A DNA stretch of 64,000 nt from Candidatus Bathyarchaeota archaeon (GCA_018396535.1 JAGTQC010000006.1:29047-93046); one strand, 5' to 3'; shown: positions 48,844-59,460, counted from the stretch's first letter. Notes: generated by a model from the sequence alone, not told the origin. Numbers and translations are program-made.

Positions 48844-49749
48844 CTAGATTCTACCTATCCTATACCTAGGATGCGTTCGATCAACTCTGGATCCATCTTC
48901 TAGTTTAACCTGGCTTAAAGCTGCATCGACCATAGCTACAGCGGGGAATACTAGCGTAGAGTATTCTATAGGCCCATATAGTATGAAATCAGCTCCAGCT
49001 GCTATAGCTAGGATAGAAGCTGAAACACCGCATAGATCTCTAACCTCCCGACCCATGCTTCTACGTAGACTCTTCCAAGAAGCGACGGCGTTATGAGCGC
49101 CACAGCCGGATGGGTATCCTATTCTATCTTTGATAGACCATATAGCCATTGATGCGGATCCTAGCGAAGGAACATCGAGGACTCCTGTATCTATGAGGAT
49201 CTTATCGATACCATAACCTTTAAGCTTCTCTACAAATTTATCAGCTGCTTCGACTCTATGTCTCCAACCGATTATACCTGGACCGAATGTGAGGAGAATG
49301 GTTGCTGATACATCTGCCTTATTTATAGCTTCCAACTCATCATCTTTACTATGAGGATTTACGGAATTATATATTATTCTATCTGCTATACCTGCTTCAC
49401 GGACATAATCTAAGCCAGCTATCCTAACCTTATCTGTTATACCTCCCAGCAGTATAGGTATACTCGTATTATCAGATACATACTCTAGATATCTACGCAT
49501 AGCTTCCGGTGTGGATGCTACGACATCTACCATACATGGGTTGCCTGTTCTCTGAGAGAGTTCTAGCTGATTATCTAAGAGACGCTTAGCCTCATCCTCC
49601 TTGAATAATCCCCTAGACTCATCTAACACGATCGAATGTTTATGGTAGAATATGGATCCTATAAGGACTACGGGTCTAAGCCCAGGTTCTCCCCCAACTT
49701 TTACACCATATATATCGAATATCTTCTGTTTACACGATAATCTCCACAT
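48844..49749 (-). CDS. mtrH: MtrH-like methyl-H4MPT:corrinoid methyltransferase, stand-alone
   Basis: Q..F.I.GVKVGG.PG..P.VLIGSIFY..H, IYNS, G.P.GCG.HN, GADF.LYGPIE, HP. Confidence 0.88.
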   Translation of the reverse strand: MWRLSCKQKIFDIYGVKVGGEPGLRPVVLIGSIFYHKHSIVLDESRGLFKEDEAKRLLDNQLELSQRTGNPCMVDVVASTPEAMRRYLEYVSDNTSIPILLGGITDKVRIAGLDYVREAGIADRIIYNSVNPHSKDDELEAINKADVSATILLTFGPGIIGWRHRVEAADKFVEKLKGYGIDKILIDTGVLDVPSLGSASMAIWSIKDRIGYPSGCGAHNAVASWKSLRRSMGREVRDLCGVSASILAIAAGADFILYGPIEYSTLVFPAVAMVDAALSQVKLEDGSRVDRTHPRYRIGRI

Positions 49750-49841
49750 ATTCTACACCTTATATAGTACAGACTCCATCCTTAAATATCCTACCCAATA
49801 TAAAGCTTTAATCTTATTACGTATATCTAGGTGTAGTCGAT

Positions 49842-50882
49842 ATGCTTCATAAAGGATTTATGCTAGATGAAATAGAAGATATACCTAGAGCTATAAGCGA
49901 ACTAACCCGGCGGATAGATGAATACTTCGTAGAATTTGCTAGGGTATTCGAGGCTAGAAGGGTTAGGAGGGTATTCCTAGTTGGGTGTGGGTCATCCTTT
50001 AATTCAGCGTATATAGCATCATACGGGTTTGATAGAAGGCTGTTCGAAGTTTATAGCGAAACATCTTCATCCTTCGCGTTATATACTGATGGCCTATCTA
50101 GTACCGATTGCGTCATAGGCTTCTCTCGTAGCGGTGAGACATCCGAGACTGTATGGGCTTTAGAAAAAGCAAAGTCTAGAGGATGCGTAACAGTCGCATT
50201 CACTAATAATCTAGATAGTAGTATGGCTAGAATAGCCGATGTAGCTATACCTGTATACGCTGGTGAGGAGAAATCGGTTGTTATGACTAAGACCTTCGTA
50301 AACCTCTCTTTATCAGGATTATATATGGGTGCAAGGATATCTAGGAGAGAACAGTTAATCGATGAGTTTAAGAATCTCGATAAGATAGCTTCGAGTATAC
50401 TCGAGGAGTCTAGGAATCTCGAGGATAGATCTACATCTATGTTACTAGGTGAATCTTCAGTATACTGTATAGGTGAAGGGGTATGCTATGGATCTGCACG
50501 TGAATCAGCTATAAAGCTTATAGAAACCTCTAGGATTCTAGCCTCATATTTCCATGCTATGGAGTTTAGGCATGGACCTATATCGATAGCGGATGAGAAA
50601 CCTATAATTACCATAGCGTTAAAGGATTCATCATGGAAGTATATCGAGAAGCTTATTGCTGATATAGGGTCTGTAGCGTCGAAGCTTATATTGGTAACGA
50701 ATTCTGATGAATACTGTATGGAGCATACAATAGCCTATAAGGTATACTCTGATAAACCTGCTGAGTTATTAGCAGCGTTAGCCGTCATACCTATACAGAG
50801 GATAGCATATAGAGTAGCCTTATCTCGTGGATTGGATCCAGATAGACCGAAATATCTATCTAGGTATATTAAGCTGACTTAA
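49842..50882 (+). CDS. SIS-domain protein (glucosamine-6-P deaminase / GlmS isomerase-domain-like, no glutaminase domain)
   Basis: GCGSS, SRSGET.E, GEE.SV..TK, E..LK..E, EFRHGP, GLDPD.P..L. Confidence 0.85.
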   Translation: MLHKGFMLDEIEDIPRAISELTRRIDEYFVEFARVFEARRVRRVFLVGCGSSFNSAYIASYGFDRRLFEVYSETSSSFALYTDGLSSTDCVIGFSRSGETSETVWALEKAKSRGCVTVAFTNNLDSSMARIADVAIPVYAGEEKSVVMTKTFVNLSLSGLYMGARISRREQLIDEFKNLDKIASSILEESRNLEDRSTSMLLGESSVYCIGEGVCYGSARESAIKLIETSRILASYFHAMEFRHGPISIADEKPIITIALKDSSWKYIEKLIADIGSVASKLILVTNSDEYCMEHTIAYKVYSDKPAELLAALAVIPIQRIAYRVALSRGLDPDRPKYLSRYIKLT

Positions 50883-52266
50883 TAGCCTTGATTCTTCTAT
50901 GTTTCAACAATATCATCACGGATGATACAGCTATGGTACATGCTAGAATCAGACACGCGATAAGCTCCAACCTAACGTATACGTTTAAGGTTGTTGTTAA
51001 CGTGATAGATCCGCCACTCCTATACTTGATATATACCCTTACCGTATAGCTTCCAGGTATGCTATAACTATGCTCTACAGTCTTACCTACCCCCTTACTT
51101 CCATCACCAAAATCCCATTCTATAGATTCAACCCATTCAGAGATGCTACGAGGGGGAGGTATATCTGCGTATAAGGTTATAGATTCGCCTATAGGTATAG
51201 CGAAATCTGTAACGTACATCGGATGACCACTTTTTTCACCGTCAGGTATCCTACGCATAATCCTAGGATTAGCTGGGTATGGGCATCCAGCATAAGCTAT
51301 AATTTTAGATTTGAGCTCTTCGGTAGCAGGCTCTACCGGTGCTTTATAATAGTCTTCACGTATGAAAACCTTCTCAGGATTCACAGATTCGCATAACCCG
51401 CTAGATAGGAATAGGTTTCCTATGAGCTTTATATAACCGTTTTCAGGATCCCCGCCGAGACTACTCTGGAATATGGTTGTACATTCTTCGAATATGTTTG
51501 CTTCAGCTAAAACTCTACCATGCATAGTCGAACCTATACAGTAGCTTTGACAGCGATAATAGTAGTTGTTGTAGACGTCGACCTTACCGAATCTAAGCCT
51601 TGGATGTCTTTGTATTGTTTCGTAGAAGAAGTTATGGTGTAGCGTCACCTGTATGGCTTCATCCATAATGTCTGCTGGGTCTGCTCCTATAAGCATAACT
51701 TTGTTATGACTCCAGAATCTACACCATGAAACAGTAATGTTAGTAGCTCCACGGGTTATATCTATCAATCCATCACCCCAGTTTACGAAGTCACAGTGAT
51801 GGATCCATATATTATGAGCGCTATTAATTATCTGAATAGCATCTCCATCACCGCTATCAAATCTTATGTAGGCTATGATGACATGCGAAACACCATCCAA
51901 TATTAGACCGTTACCACTTATCGTGATAGACGCATTCCTTCCATCTATAGTTTTATATGATGCGACTCTTATAGGACTCCTAAGCTTTATAATACCTGAA
52001 ACCTTGAATATTATCCATAGCGGTTCAGGTCTTTCGGCAGCGTATCTTAAACTACCAGGGCCACTATCTGCAAGCGTAGTTACATAGTATACATCACCAT
52101 GCAGCCCGCCGATCGTATCACCACCAAAGCCTATACGGTCGTATAGTAGATCTGATAAACCTGATGTAGAAGCACTGCTTATCTGATTAATCATAGGAGG
52201 AGACGATATTATAGTCGATAGGATGAGGATAGGTGTTAACAGTATCCAGACTGTATGGGCAGACAT
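50869..52266 (-). CDS. Secreted/membrane-anchored pectate lyase (PL1) with PKD domain
   Basis: Signal/TM; GPGSLR, KTIDGR, GDAI, NIWIHH, DGLID, RHPRLRFG; WDFGDG PKD motif; C-terminal TM plus basic tail. Confidence 0.9.
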   Translation of the reverse strand: MSAHTVWILLTPILILSTIISSPPMINQISSASTSGLSDLLYDRIGFGGDTIGGLHGDVYYVTTLADSGPGSLRYAAERPEPLWIIFKVSGIIKLRSPIRVASYKTIDGRNASITISGNGLILDGVSHVIIAYIRFDSGDGDAIQIINSAHNIWIHHCDFVNWGDGLIDITRGATNITVSWCRFWSHNKVMLIGADPADIMDEAIQVTLHHNFFYETIQRHPRLRFGKVDVYNNYYYRCQSYCIGSTMHGRVLAEANIFEECTTIFQSSLGGDPENGYIKLIGNLFLSSGLCESVNPEKVFIREDYYKAPVEPATEELKSKIIAYAGCPYPANPRIMRRIPDGEKSGHPMYVTDFAIPIGESITLYADIPPPRSISEWVESIEWDFGDGSKGVGKTVEHSYSIPGSYTVRVYIKYRSGGSITLTTTLNVYVRLELIACLILACTIAVSSVMILLKHRRIKAIKSA

Positions 52267-52334
52267 AACTGCTGAGAATATATTTCTTCAAACAACTTCT
52301 TAACTATTATTTTCGAAGGAGTATATCATCCCCT

Positions 52335-53309
52335 CTATTTTAAATTCCCATTATCTTTACATATGGATTCTATGTACTCCATAATCTTCTCTGCTAGTAT
52401 TCTTGCTATAGACTTCTGTGCTTCTATAGTACTTCCACCTATATGCGGCGTCAATATTACGTTATCAAACTTTACTAGATCGCTATCCTCTAAAGGTTCA
52501 TCTTCGAATACATCTAGAGCTGCACCTGCTATCCACCCCTCCTTTAAAGCTTTGATTAAGGCTTTCTCATCTACTATAGATCCTCTAGCCGTGTTTATTA
52601 GAAAGGCTGTAGGTTTCATAAGCTTTAACTCTCTTTCACCTATCATATGGTAGGTTTCCTCTGTTAGAGGGGTATGTATGGATACATAGTCTGATATCTT
52701 GAGTAGATCGCTTAGCTTATCTATAAGCTCTACGCCTATCTTTGAAGCTGCCATACGATCTACGTATGGATCATATGCTATAACCCTCATACCAAAGGCT
52801 TTAGCTAACTCTGCAACTCTAGAGCCTATACGACCTAATCCTATTATCCCTAATGTTTTACCCTTGAGCTCTAAGCCTACTCCCTCACTCTTACACCATA
52901 ATCCTTTCTTCACTTTAGAATCTAGCTGCGGTATCTTACGCGATAAAGCTATCATGAAGCCTATTGTTAACTCTGCTACAGCTTCTATCGATGCTTCAGC
53001 TACCGGTACGACTATTATACCTTTAGATCTAGCGTAGTCTACATCTATATTATCTAAGCCTATGCCAGCTCTAGCTATAACTTTAAGACAATCAGCACAA
53101 TCTATTAATGCACGAGTTATTCTACGTCTACTCCTAACGATAACTATATCGGCTCCTTTTAAGAGTGAAGCAAAATCCTCATCGTCTACGTCATATGCTC
53201 TAATAACCTCAGCTCTACCTTCTACAATCTTAAAGAATTCTTCATCTATAGGATCTCCTACGATGATTTTAGGAATCTTACTCAGTTTCGACGCCCCCGG
53301 ATTGTACAC
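52335..53309 (-). CDS. D-isomer 2-hydroxyacid dehydrogenase (phosphoglycerate dehydrogenase-like)
   Basis: RAGIGLDNID, GIIGLGRIG, INTARG, LDVF..EP, TPHIGGST.EAQ. Confidence 0.9.
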   Translation of the reverse strand: MYNPGASKLSKIPKIIVGDPIDEEFFKIVEGRAEVIRAYDVDDEDFASLLKGADIVIVRSRRRITRALIDCADCLKVIARAGIGLDNIDVDYARSKGIIVVPVAEASIEAVAELTIGFMIALSRKIPQLDSKVKKGLWCKSEGVGLELKGKTLGIIGLGRIGSRVAELAKAFGMRVIAYDPYVDRMAASKIGVELIDKLSDLLKISDYVSIHTPLTEETYHMIGERELKLMKPTAFLINTARGSIVDEKALIKALKEGWIAGAALDVFEDEPLEDSDLVKFDNVILTPHIGGSTIEAQKSIARILAEKIMEYIESICKDNGNLK

Positions 53310-53349
53310 ATTACATATCTAAAGCATACTTAAAAGCTTTAACGTACAC

Positions 53350-54513
53350 TTATATACATAAACTACCTGCTAACGTCTTAGAAGCTTCTAGTACAGATGA
53401 TCCAGGTTCGATTTTACATCCGAACTCTATCAACGTATTTTCGATCGATTGAAGAGTATAGAAGACCTCCATAGAGGATATCATACCCATACAACCTATG
53501 CGTATTATCCTATCCCGGAGCTCACCCATACCGCGTGCTACTAGTATTCCATACCTATCTCTAAGCATCGATACCACCTTATCTACAGATATATTTTCAG
53601 GCGGTTCTACGGCTACTATGGTTGGGGATCTATACTCTAGTCTAGGTAGGGGTTTGAATCCTAAAACTTCTAAACCATTATAGAAGGCTTTAGATATAAT
53701 TCTATGCCTAGCTATGCGATTCTCAAGCCCCTCCTCTACTAGCATATCGAGGGCTTCGCTTAGAGCGTAGAAGAGAGGAATAGATGGTGTAAATGGTACT
53801 TCGCTACTAGAGCTATACTCTAGATACTCTCTAAGACTTAGGTATAAGCTTCTAGGTTTACATCTATAGACCTCTTCTACAATCTTCTCACTAATAGATA
53901 CGAAAGATATTCCTGGCGGTGCTGCAAGACATTTCTGGCTAGCGGATGCGCATAGATCTATACACCAGTCATCGACCATAAGTTCTACGCCACCTGCAGC
54001 GGATACAGCGTCTACTATCGTTATCAAACCTCTATTATTAGCTTCGATACATATATCTTTTAGATCTTTTACGAGTACACCTGTGGATGTTTCACTATAT
54101 ACTACTAGTATAGCTTTAAGATCTCTATGATTATCTAAAGCCTTCATAACATCGTCATATGTTGGTGCATATCCTAGAGGAGCCTTTAGATGTATAGGTA
54201 TACCGCCATAGGCTTCTATCGTTTTAGAAGCTCTGGTACCAGAGAAGAAGCCTGTATCTATCAACAGGACTTTATCTCCATTTGATATAGTATTGGCTAT
54301 AGCAAATTCGACAGCAGCAGTACCGGAAGCTGAGAGTATTGCTATAAAGTTCCTAGTTTTGAATAGATATTTTAACCCCTCTTGTAGTCTAGTATATAGT
54401 TCCTTAAATTCACGGCTTCTATGACCTATGATCGGCTTCAACATAGCGTTCATAACTCTACGTGGAACCGATACGGGTCCTGGTAGTAGAGATAAATACT
54501 CTTTGTAATCCAT
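53350..54513 (-). CDS. Class V PLP aminotransferase (serine/alanine-glyoxylate or archaeal phosphoserine aminotransferase type)
   Basis: PGP, HRS, SGT, ETSTG, DAVS, SQKCL..PPG, PFTP, RIG.MG. Confidence 0.9.
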   Translation of the reverse strand: MDYKEYLSLLPGPVSVPRRVMNAMLKPIIGHRSREFKELYTRLQEGLKYLFKTRNFIAILSASGTAAVEFAIANTISNGDKVLLIDTGFFSGTRASKTIEAYGGIPIHLKAPLGYAPTYDDVMKALDNHRDLKAILVVYSETSTGVLVKDLKDICIEANNRGLITIVDAVSAAGGVELMVDDWCIDLCASASQKCLAAPPGISFVSISEKIVEEVYRCKPRSLYLSLREYLEYSSSSEVPFTPSIPLFYALSEALDMLVEEGLENRIARHRIISKAFYNGLEVLGFKPLPRLEYRSPTIVAVEPPENISVDKVVSMLRDRYGILVARGMGELRDRIIRIGCMGMISSMEVFYTLQSIENTLIEFGCKIEPGSSVLEASKTLAGSLCI

Positions 54514-54707
54514 AGCGATATATCGAAGATTAGAATGCTAAGTAAACGTATTTAGAGTTTATCATGGCTAATTGTATGAAAATCCGTAATAGACGGTTAC
54601 TCACATCATTCATCTAGAACCTTACATCGATAGAAGTATCATACCAAACAATCGAGTGTTAGTCATTCAGATATATATACCGATATTAAGGATTTTAGAG
54701 GGAAGAT

Positions 54708-55979
54708 CTACTTTGATCTATATATCGATGGCTCTGGGGTAATATACACTATGGGTATTATGCATAGTAACTCGATAGCTAATGGGAGTAATAGTACTAG
54801 CTCCATATATCCGTAGTTCCATAGATATCCTCCTAGTATGTAGCCTACTATAGCCATGGATTCGAATAAGCTTGATAAACCAAACCATCTACCCCTCATG
54901 CTAGCTGGAACCATCTCCCAATGCATAGTTATAAAGGGTGTGAAGCTTATAACGGAGAAACCACCCATAAGACCTATAGCTCCTAGGAATCCTACAGCTA
55001 CCAACATATATGGTGATGAAGCTGAAACTAATAGTATAGTACCTAGGTAGACTATAGGTCTTATAGTGAGGAAGACTTTCTTACGTCCAATCTTATCGGC
55101 TAATACACCTACAGGCATCTGTAGCAGAGCTGATGAGGCTAAGCCTATAGTTCCTATAGCACCTATTATGTATGGGTCTGCACCTTTAACCTGAACTAGC
55201 CAGAGAGGTATATACGGCATCGATATACCGCTGGAGAATCTCCATAGACCCATAGCTATAAGCCATAAGGTAACTCTCCTACCCATACGAATTATCTCTC
55301 CAAACCCGTCGAATATACCTGTAGACTTTACATCGCTTCTCCCTTTAGCTACATGAGTTTCTTCAAGCTTCAAATAGATTAGGAAAGCTACCGATGCTAA
55401 GATAACCGCTTGCGTTAGGTATAATGGTCTTATACCCTCTACGCGTATACCTCCAAAACTCGCTACTATCATAGCTGCTATTATGGGAGATATGATCGAA
55501 GGTACAGCCCATACAGTCCTGGATAGAGCTATAGCTTGAGCTCTGCTTGTGGATTCTACTATATCCATAAATATCAGGTCTGCTAACGGTATTATCATCC
55601 TAAAGCCGAGTTCAGCTAACATGATAGCAGGTATGAGCATAAGCCAATCTGAAGCCGTATAATATATCATAGCAACTAGCATCGATATGAGTAGGCCATA
55701 TATTACCATCCTCTTAACGCCATACCTATCTATCATCAATCCAATCGGAGCTGATATTATAGAAGAGATAAACCCGCCTAAACTGCTTAAGAATCCTAGT
55801 TCTACCGGGTTAGCTCCGAGACCAACTATGTATAATTGGTTATAGTTTGCGGGTAGATTGAAAGCTAGCTGATGTACACTCATAGCTGCTACCATAAGCT
55901 TAAACCTTCTATCCAAACCCTTAATGAAATCTACTGCAACTCTATACACTCTAAGCATAACCCGGTACGATGCTATCAA
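54708..55979 (-). CDS. MFS transporter
   Basis: About 12 TMs; G.MIDRYG.KR and G.LADKIGRK motif A copies. Confidence 0.88.
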   Translation of the reverse strand: MIASYRVMLRVYRVAVDFIKGLDRRFKLMVAAMSVHQLAFNLPANYNQLYIVGLGANPVELGFLSSLGGFISSIISAPIGLMIDRYGVKRMVIYGLLISMLVAMIYYTASDWLMLIPAIMLAELGFRMIIPLADLIFMDIVESTSRAQAIALSRTVWAVPSIISPIIAAMIVASFGGIRVEGIRPLYLTQAVILASVAFLIYLKLEETHVAKGRSDVKSTGIFDGFGEIIRMGRRVTLWLIAMGLWRFSSGISMPYIPLWLVQVKGADPYIIGAIGTIGLASSALLQMPVGVLADKIGRKKVFLTIRPIVYLGTILLVSASSPYMLVAVGFLGAIGLMGGFSVISFTPFITMHWEMVPASMRGRWFGLSSLFESMAIVGYILGGYLWNYGYMELVLLLPLAIELLCIIPIVYITPEPSIYRSK

Positions 55980-56085
55980 GAACTTATTTATGAAGCTATT
56001 AAATTTTTAGCATAACTCTATGAATACCTTGAAACCTTAGATACTTAGCCTAGGCTCCATCTTTATTAAATACTATCGTAACTAT

Positions 56086-57210
56086 ATGATTCAGATCTAT
56101 ATGGGAATGCGAAGATTATCCTTAATCCTTATTGTAGCAGTATCGATTATCGTATACCTATACCTAACTGGATTCTATGTATCGTATAATAGCTACTCTG
56201 AAGATTATTTAGCTCTATACGATTACGATAAGAGTATACCGCTTAACATCGATGAGAGATTGGTAGCTGATACTGATATATACAGACTCTATAAGGTGTA
56301 CTTCGATTCTGTTAATTATGTAAGGGTTCCAGCACTTTTTATGATACCTAAAACCGTGGGTAAAGCTCCATGTATAGTCTTCCTACATGGTTATGGAGGA
56401 TCTAAGGAGGATGCTCTAGCTGTCATCGATATAGCAGCTGCTGAGGGTTACGCCTTTATCTCTATAGATGCTGTATATCATGGTGAGAGGAGAGTTGAAG
56501 GGAGAGCGCTATACTCTACCGATATAAACGATACTATCAGGGGATTTATTCAAACAGTGTTAGATCTTAGGAGAGCCATAGATTATCTTGAAACAAGATC
56601 TGAGATAGATAGGGAGAGGATTGGGTATATAGGTGGTAGTATGGGTGGTATAATAGGAGCGATATTCATAGGTGTGGAACCTAGGGTAAAGGCTGCAGCT
56701 CTCATAGTAGCTGGAGGTAATATGAGTCTTATGGTTAGGGAGAGTGAGCATCCAGCTATACCTCCTATAAGGAGGTATTTAGAGGAGCAGGGTATAAGCT
56801 ACGAGGAGCTTCAAAGTATGCTCGATCCTATAGATCCTCTAAACTTCATAGCTAGATTTTCACCTAGACCGATCGTATTCCATCTAGGTAGGTATGATCG
56901 TATAGTACCAGCTGAGGCTGGAAGACAGCTCTATATACGTGCAGGAGAGCCTAAGAAGGTCTACTGGTATGATGCAGGGCATAATCTACCTATGGAGCTT
57001 GTAGCTGTACGTATACTAGATTTTATGGATGAAAATCTTAGAGGTAGAAAATTGATGTTCTATGAGAGTAGGGAGTTTAGATATATGCTCTACATTTATT
57101 CACCGTATATAGCTTTAGTAGCTTTTACCATCATCGTAGCTATGTTATTGGTGAAATATCATGGAAGGATACGGTATATGATTATGAAAAGCGAACAAGA
57201 AGCTTCATAA
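56086..57210 (+). CDS. Membrane-anchored alpha/beta hydrolase (esterase-like)
   Basis: N- and C-terminal TMs; LHG.GG, GGSMGG, D..VP, GH triad. Confidence 0.82.
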   Translation: MIQIYMGMRRLSLILIVAVSIIVYLYLTGFYVSYNSYSEDYLALYDYDKSIPLNIDERLVADTDIYRLYKVYFDSVNYVRVPALFMIPKTVGKAPCIVFLHGYGGSKEDALAVIDIAAAEGYAFISIDAVYHGERRVEGRALYSTDINDTIRGFIQTVLDLRRAIDYLETRSEIDRERIGYIGGSMGGIIGAIFIGVEPRVKAAALIVAGGNMSLMVRESEHPAIPPIRRYLEEQGISYEELQSMLDPIDPLNFIARFSPRPIVFHLGRYDRIVPAEAGRQLYIRAGEPKKVYWYDAGHNLPMELVAVRILDFMDENLRGRKLMFYESREFRYMLYIYSPYIALVAFTIIVAMLLVKYHGRIRYMIMKSEQEAS

Positions 57211-58248
57211 CTACACTATTATAGTATATCCGTACAATATTTTAGCTGGGTTTGTATCTGGCTCGTATATGAGTCGGTAAGTGTATAATCCATAATCGAG
57301 TTCCATACGGTTCACTTCTGATGGTTTAACCCTATAGCTGTTATACGTGCACCATTCATATCTAGGCTCTGCTAGAGCTTCAACTCTAACCCATCCAGGT
57401 TTATCTACCGATAATACTGTGATAACCTTCTTCTGTAACCCAGGTATCGGTGTTGATATTTCATGCCTATCTATGGGTCTATCCACCCATATCGATCCAG
57501 ACCCCCATGAATATAGGTTGAGTCTTATAGGTGTATCAGGATCTCCGTCTGTAACTCTTATAAGCCATGGATGTATATCTTCCCATACATACTCTAGGTC
57601 CCCAGCTCCATCTATATCTATCAATATAGGCATGGATGGGGGTGGAGGAGCTGGGGATATACATAGAGTATACGGCGGTCCACCATATACTGTGTGAGAT
57701 TTACATCCATCAATCCAGCTGGATATCGTTAGACCTCTAATAGATCCATCTACGATATGAGCGATCAACCCTCTCTTAACAGCTACTATATAGCTATGCC
57801 TCTCCTCACCATACCTATCTGGTAGTGGTATTTGAAAGGATATAGTCCACCTTCTACCACTATACCCGTATAGGGTTCTCCTATTTGTATCGAACATAAA
57901 GTGTGCGACACCGCCTCTGAATAGATCGTCGACTTCGAACCCAAACCATAACATCGGACCATTATCCATAGGTTTAAGTCTAGTTTCGATCTCGAATATA
58001 CCGTAGTTGAAGCATTTCTTCGATCTAAGAGATACAGTTTGTATACCCTTAGGTTTCACGTATCTAGCTGATGTAAATACGGTATACCTCGATTCCCTCC
58101 AGTCGATTAAGAAGTATTTGCTAGGATCTACGGATTCGAATTCTTCAGCATACCCTTCGGTAGCGAGTCTACGAATCCAGCAGTAGAATATTCTATCTAA
58201 ACCCTCGGTTAAAGCTATGGTTGGTCTGATGAAATCTAGAATAGACAT
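57211..58248 (-). CDS. Hypothetical protein with possible ConA/GH16-like beta-sandwich
   Basis: SKKCFNYG.FE....K, GFE.D, H.Y...V..G.I...VDG. Likely start 58248 (track start 58344). Confidence 0.5.
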   Translation of the reverse strand: MSILDFIRPTIALTEGLDRIFYCWIRRLATEGYAEEFESVDPSKYFLIDWRESRYTVFTSARYVKPKGIQTVSLRSKKCFNYGIFEIETRLKPMDNGPMLWFGFEVDDLFRGGVAHFMFDTNRRTLYGYSGRRWTISFQIPLPDRYGEERHSYIVAVKRGLIAHIVDGSIRGLTISSWIDGCKSHTVYGGPPYTLCISPAPPPPSMPILIDIDGAGDLEYVWEDIHPWLIRVTDGDPDTPIRLNLYSWGSGSIWVDRPIDRHEISTPIPGLQKKVITVLSVDKPGWVRVEALAEPRYEWCTYNSYRVKPSEVNRMELDYGLYTYRLIYEPDTNPAKILYGYTIIV

Positions 58249-58344
58249 TACGGATTTAATCTTGGGTAGAGGATGTTTAAAGTTTATTCTAGTACTTCTA
58301 TCATAACCTAGTAATAGATTCAAGCACTTCGCATTATTATGCAT

Positions 58345-58766
58345 CTATCTACTATAATTCCGATGGATGAAACATGATCCTTCAACTTTATCGAAATTAT
58401 CGAAAACCTCCTTTGCGCATTCTAAGCTGAATGCTTGACTTATAGGTATATCTTCCATCTCATATCCATAGAGTGCAGGGCCTCTAATAAATGCTGGTTC
58501 TGAAATTAATCTTGCTAGATCTTCAACCTTATCTTTAAGCTCGCTAGGTAGTTTATCTCCCCCACTCTAACAGTACATCACTTACATCGTGGGATCTAGG
58601 ATACTTTATACCTATGAGCCTAGGAGAGCTTTAACTATAAGCTCTAGAGCTTCCTGCGATCTTCTAATAGTCGAAGCAAATCCTTCTCATCGAGATTTAA
58701 CCCAGCCTCTTTAAGACATCTTCTTGCTTTAAAGGCATAGTCTTTAGCCGTTCCGATATTTATCAG
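58345..58766 (-). pseudogene. HEPN domain gene with multiple frameshifts
   Basis: Fragments in shifting frames: AKDYAFKARRCLKEA / TIRRSQEALEL.VKALL / IGIKYPRSHDV / RGPALYGYE. Confidence 0.78.
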
Positions 58767-58906
58767 ATCCTTATCACCTCACCAAGCTTACTATCATAAT
58801 GCTCTTTAAGCATACTAACGTAGAGGTTTATCAAATCTTTAATATCATCTAATCCAAATTTCCTTTCATCTCTGATAGAGCTATCCTTCACAGATTCAAA
58901 CCTCAC
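58763..58906 (-). pseudogene. Minimal nucleotidyltransferase (MNT) remnant with internal deletion
   Basis: 47-aa ORF ...LINLYVSMLKEHYDSKL fused to GEVIRI*. The GS/DxD core is absent. Stop overlaps the HEPN start. Confidence 0.5.
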
Positions 58907-59082
58907 CGTTAAGTTTAGACCCGATTCTCTTCTATACAATTATTATAGGGATTATATACTCATTTATCATGGATTGTTCCAATCGAAGAGCATTCATAAA
59001 TAAGTATGTCGAGAGGAAGTACTGTATTGAATCTGAGAACAATGTAGAAATCTTTGATTATGCTGAATACATAATGGGATAA

Positions 59083-59460
59083 TCATTCTATTCTTCTGAC
59101 AGATCTTGTAGCTATTAGGTTTGCTCCAGTTCCTAGGATATTCTCTAATAGTATCTGCCCTAGTTCTACCGGTGCTTCGATCTCCATATACGCTGCTAAT
59201 CTAGCTACCTCTCTAACAAACTTCTTAGGTATCGGTTTATCGGTCTTAACAGGTACTACCGGTGTATCTCCATATCTAACCTTTACGACGGTTATAGCTA
59301 TCCTCCTAGGATCTAGAATTTCCTGTCTAACATAATCTAAACCTCTACTACAGCGGTAACCAGAAGCTTCTAATCCATCTCCAAGCATCCTTACAGTTAT
59401 GATGCATCCTATAGGGCATACTATACATGTAAGCCTATGTTCAACTATATTCATACTCAT
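59083..59460 (-). CDS. DUF1667 CxxC metal-binding protein (G3PDH-associated)
   Basis: CIVCP.GC, C.RG..Y...E...P.R, PVKT..PIPK. Confidence 0.88.
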   Translation of the reverse strand: MSMNIVEHRLTCIVCPIGCIITVRMLGDGLEASGYRCSRGLDYVRQEILDPRRIAITVVKVRYGDTPVVPVKTDKPIPKKFVREVARLAAYMEIEAPVELGQILLENILGTGANLIATRSVRRIE

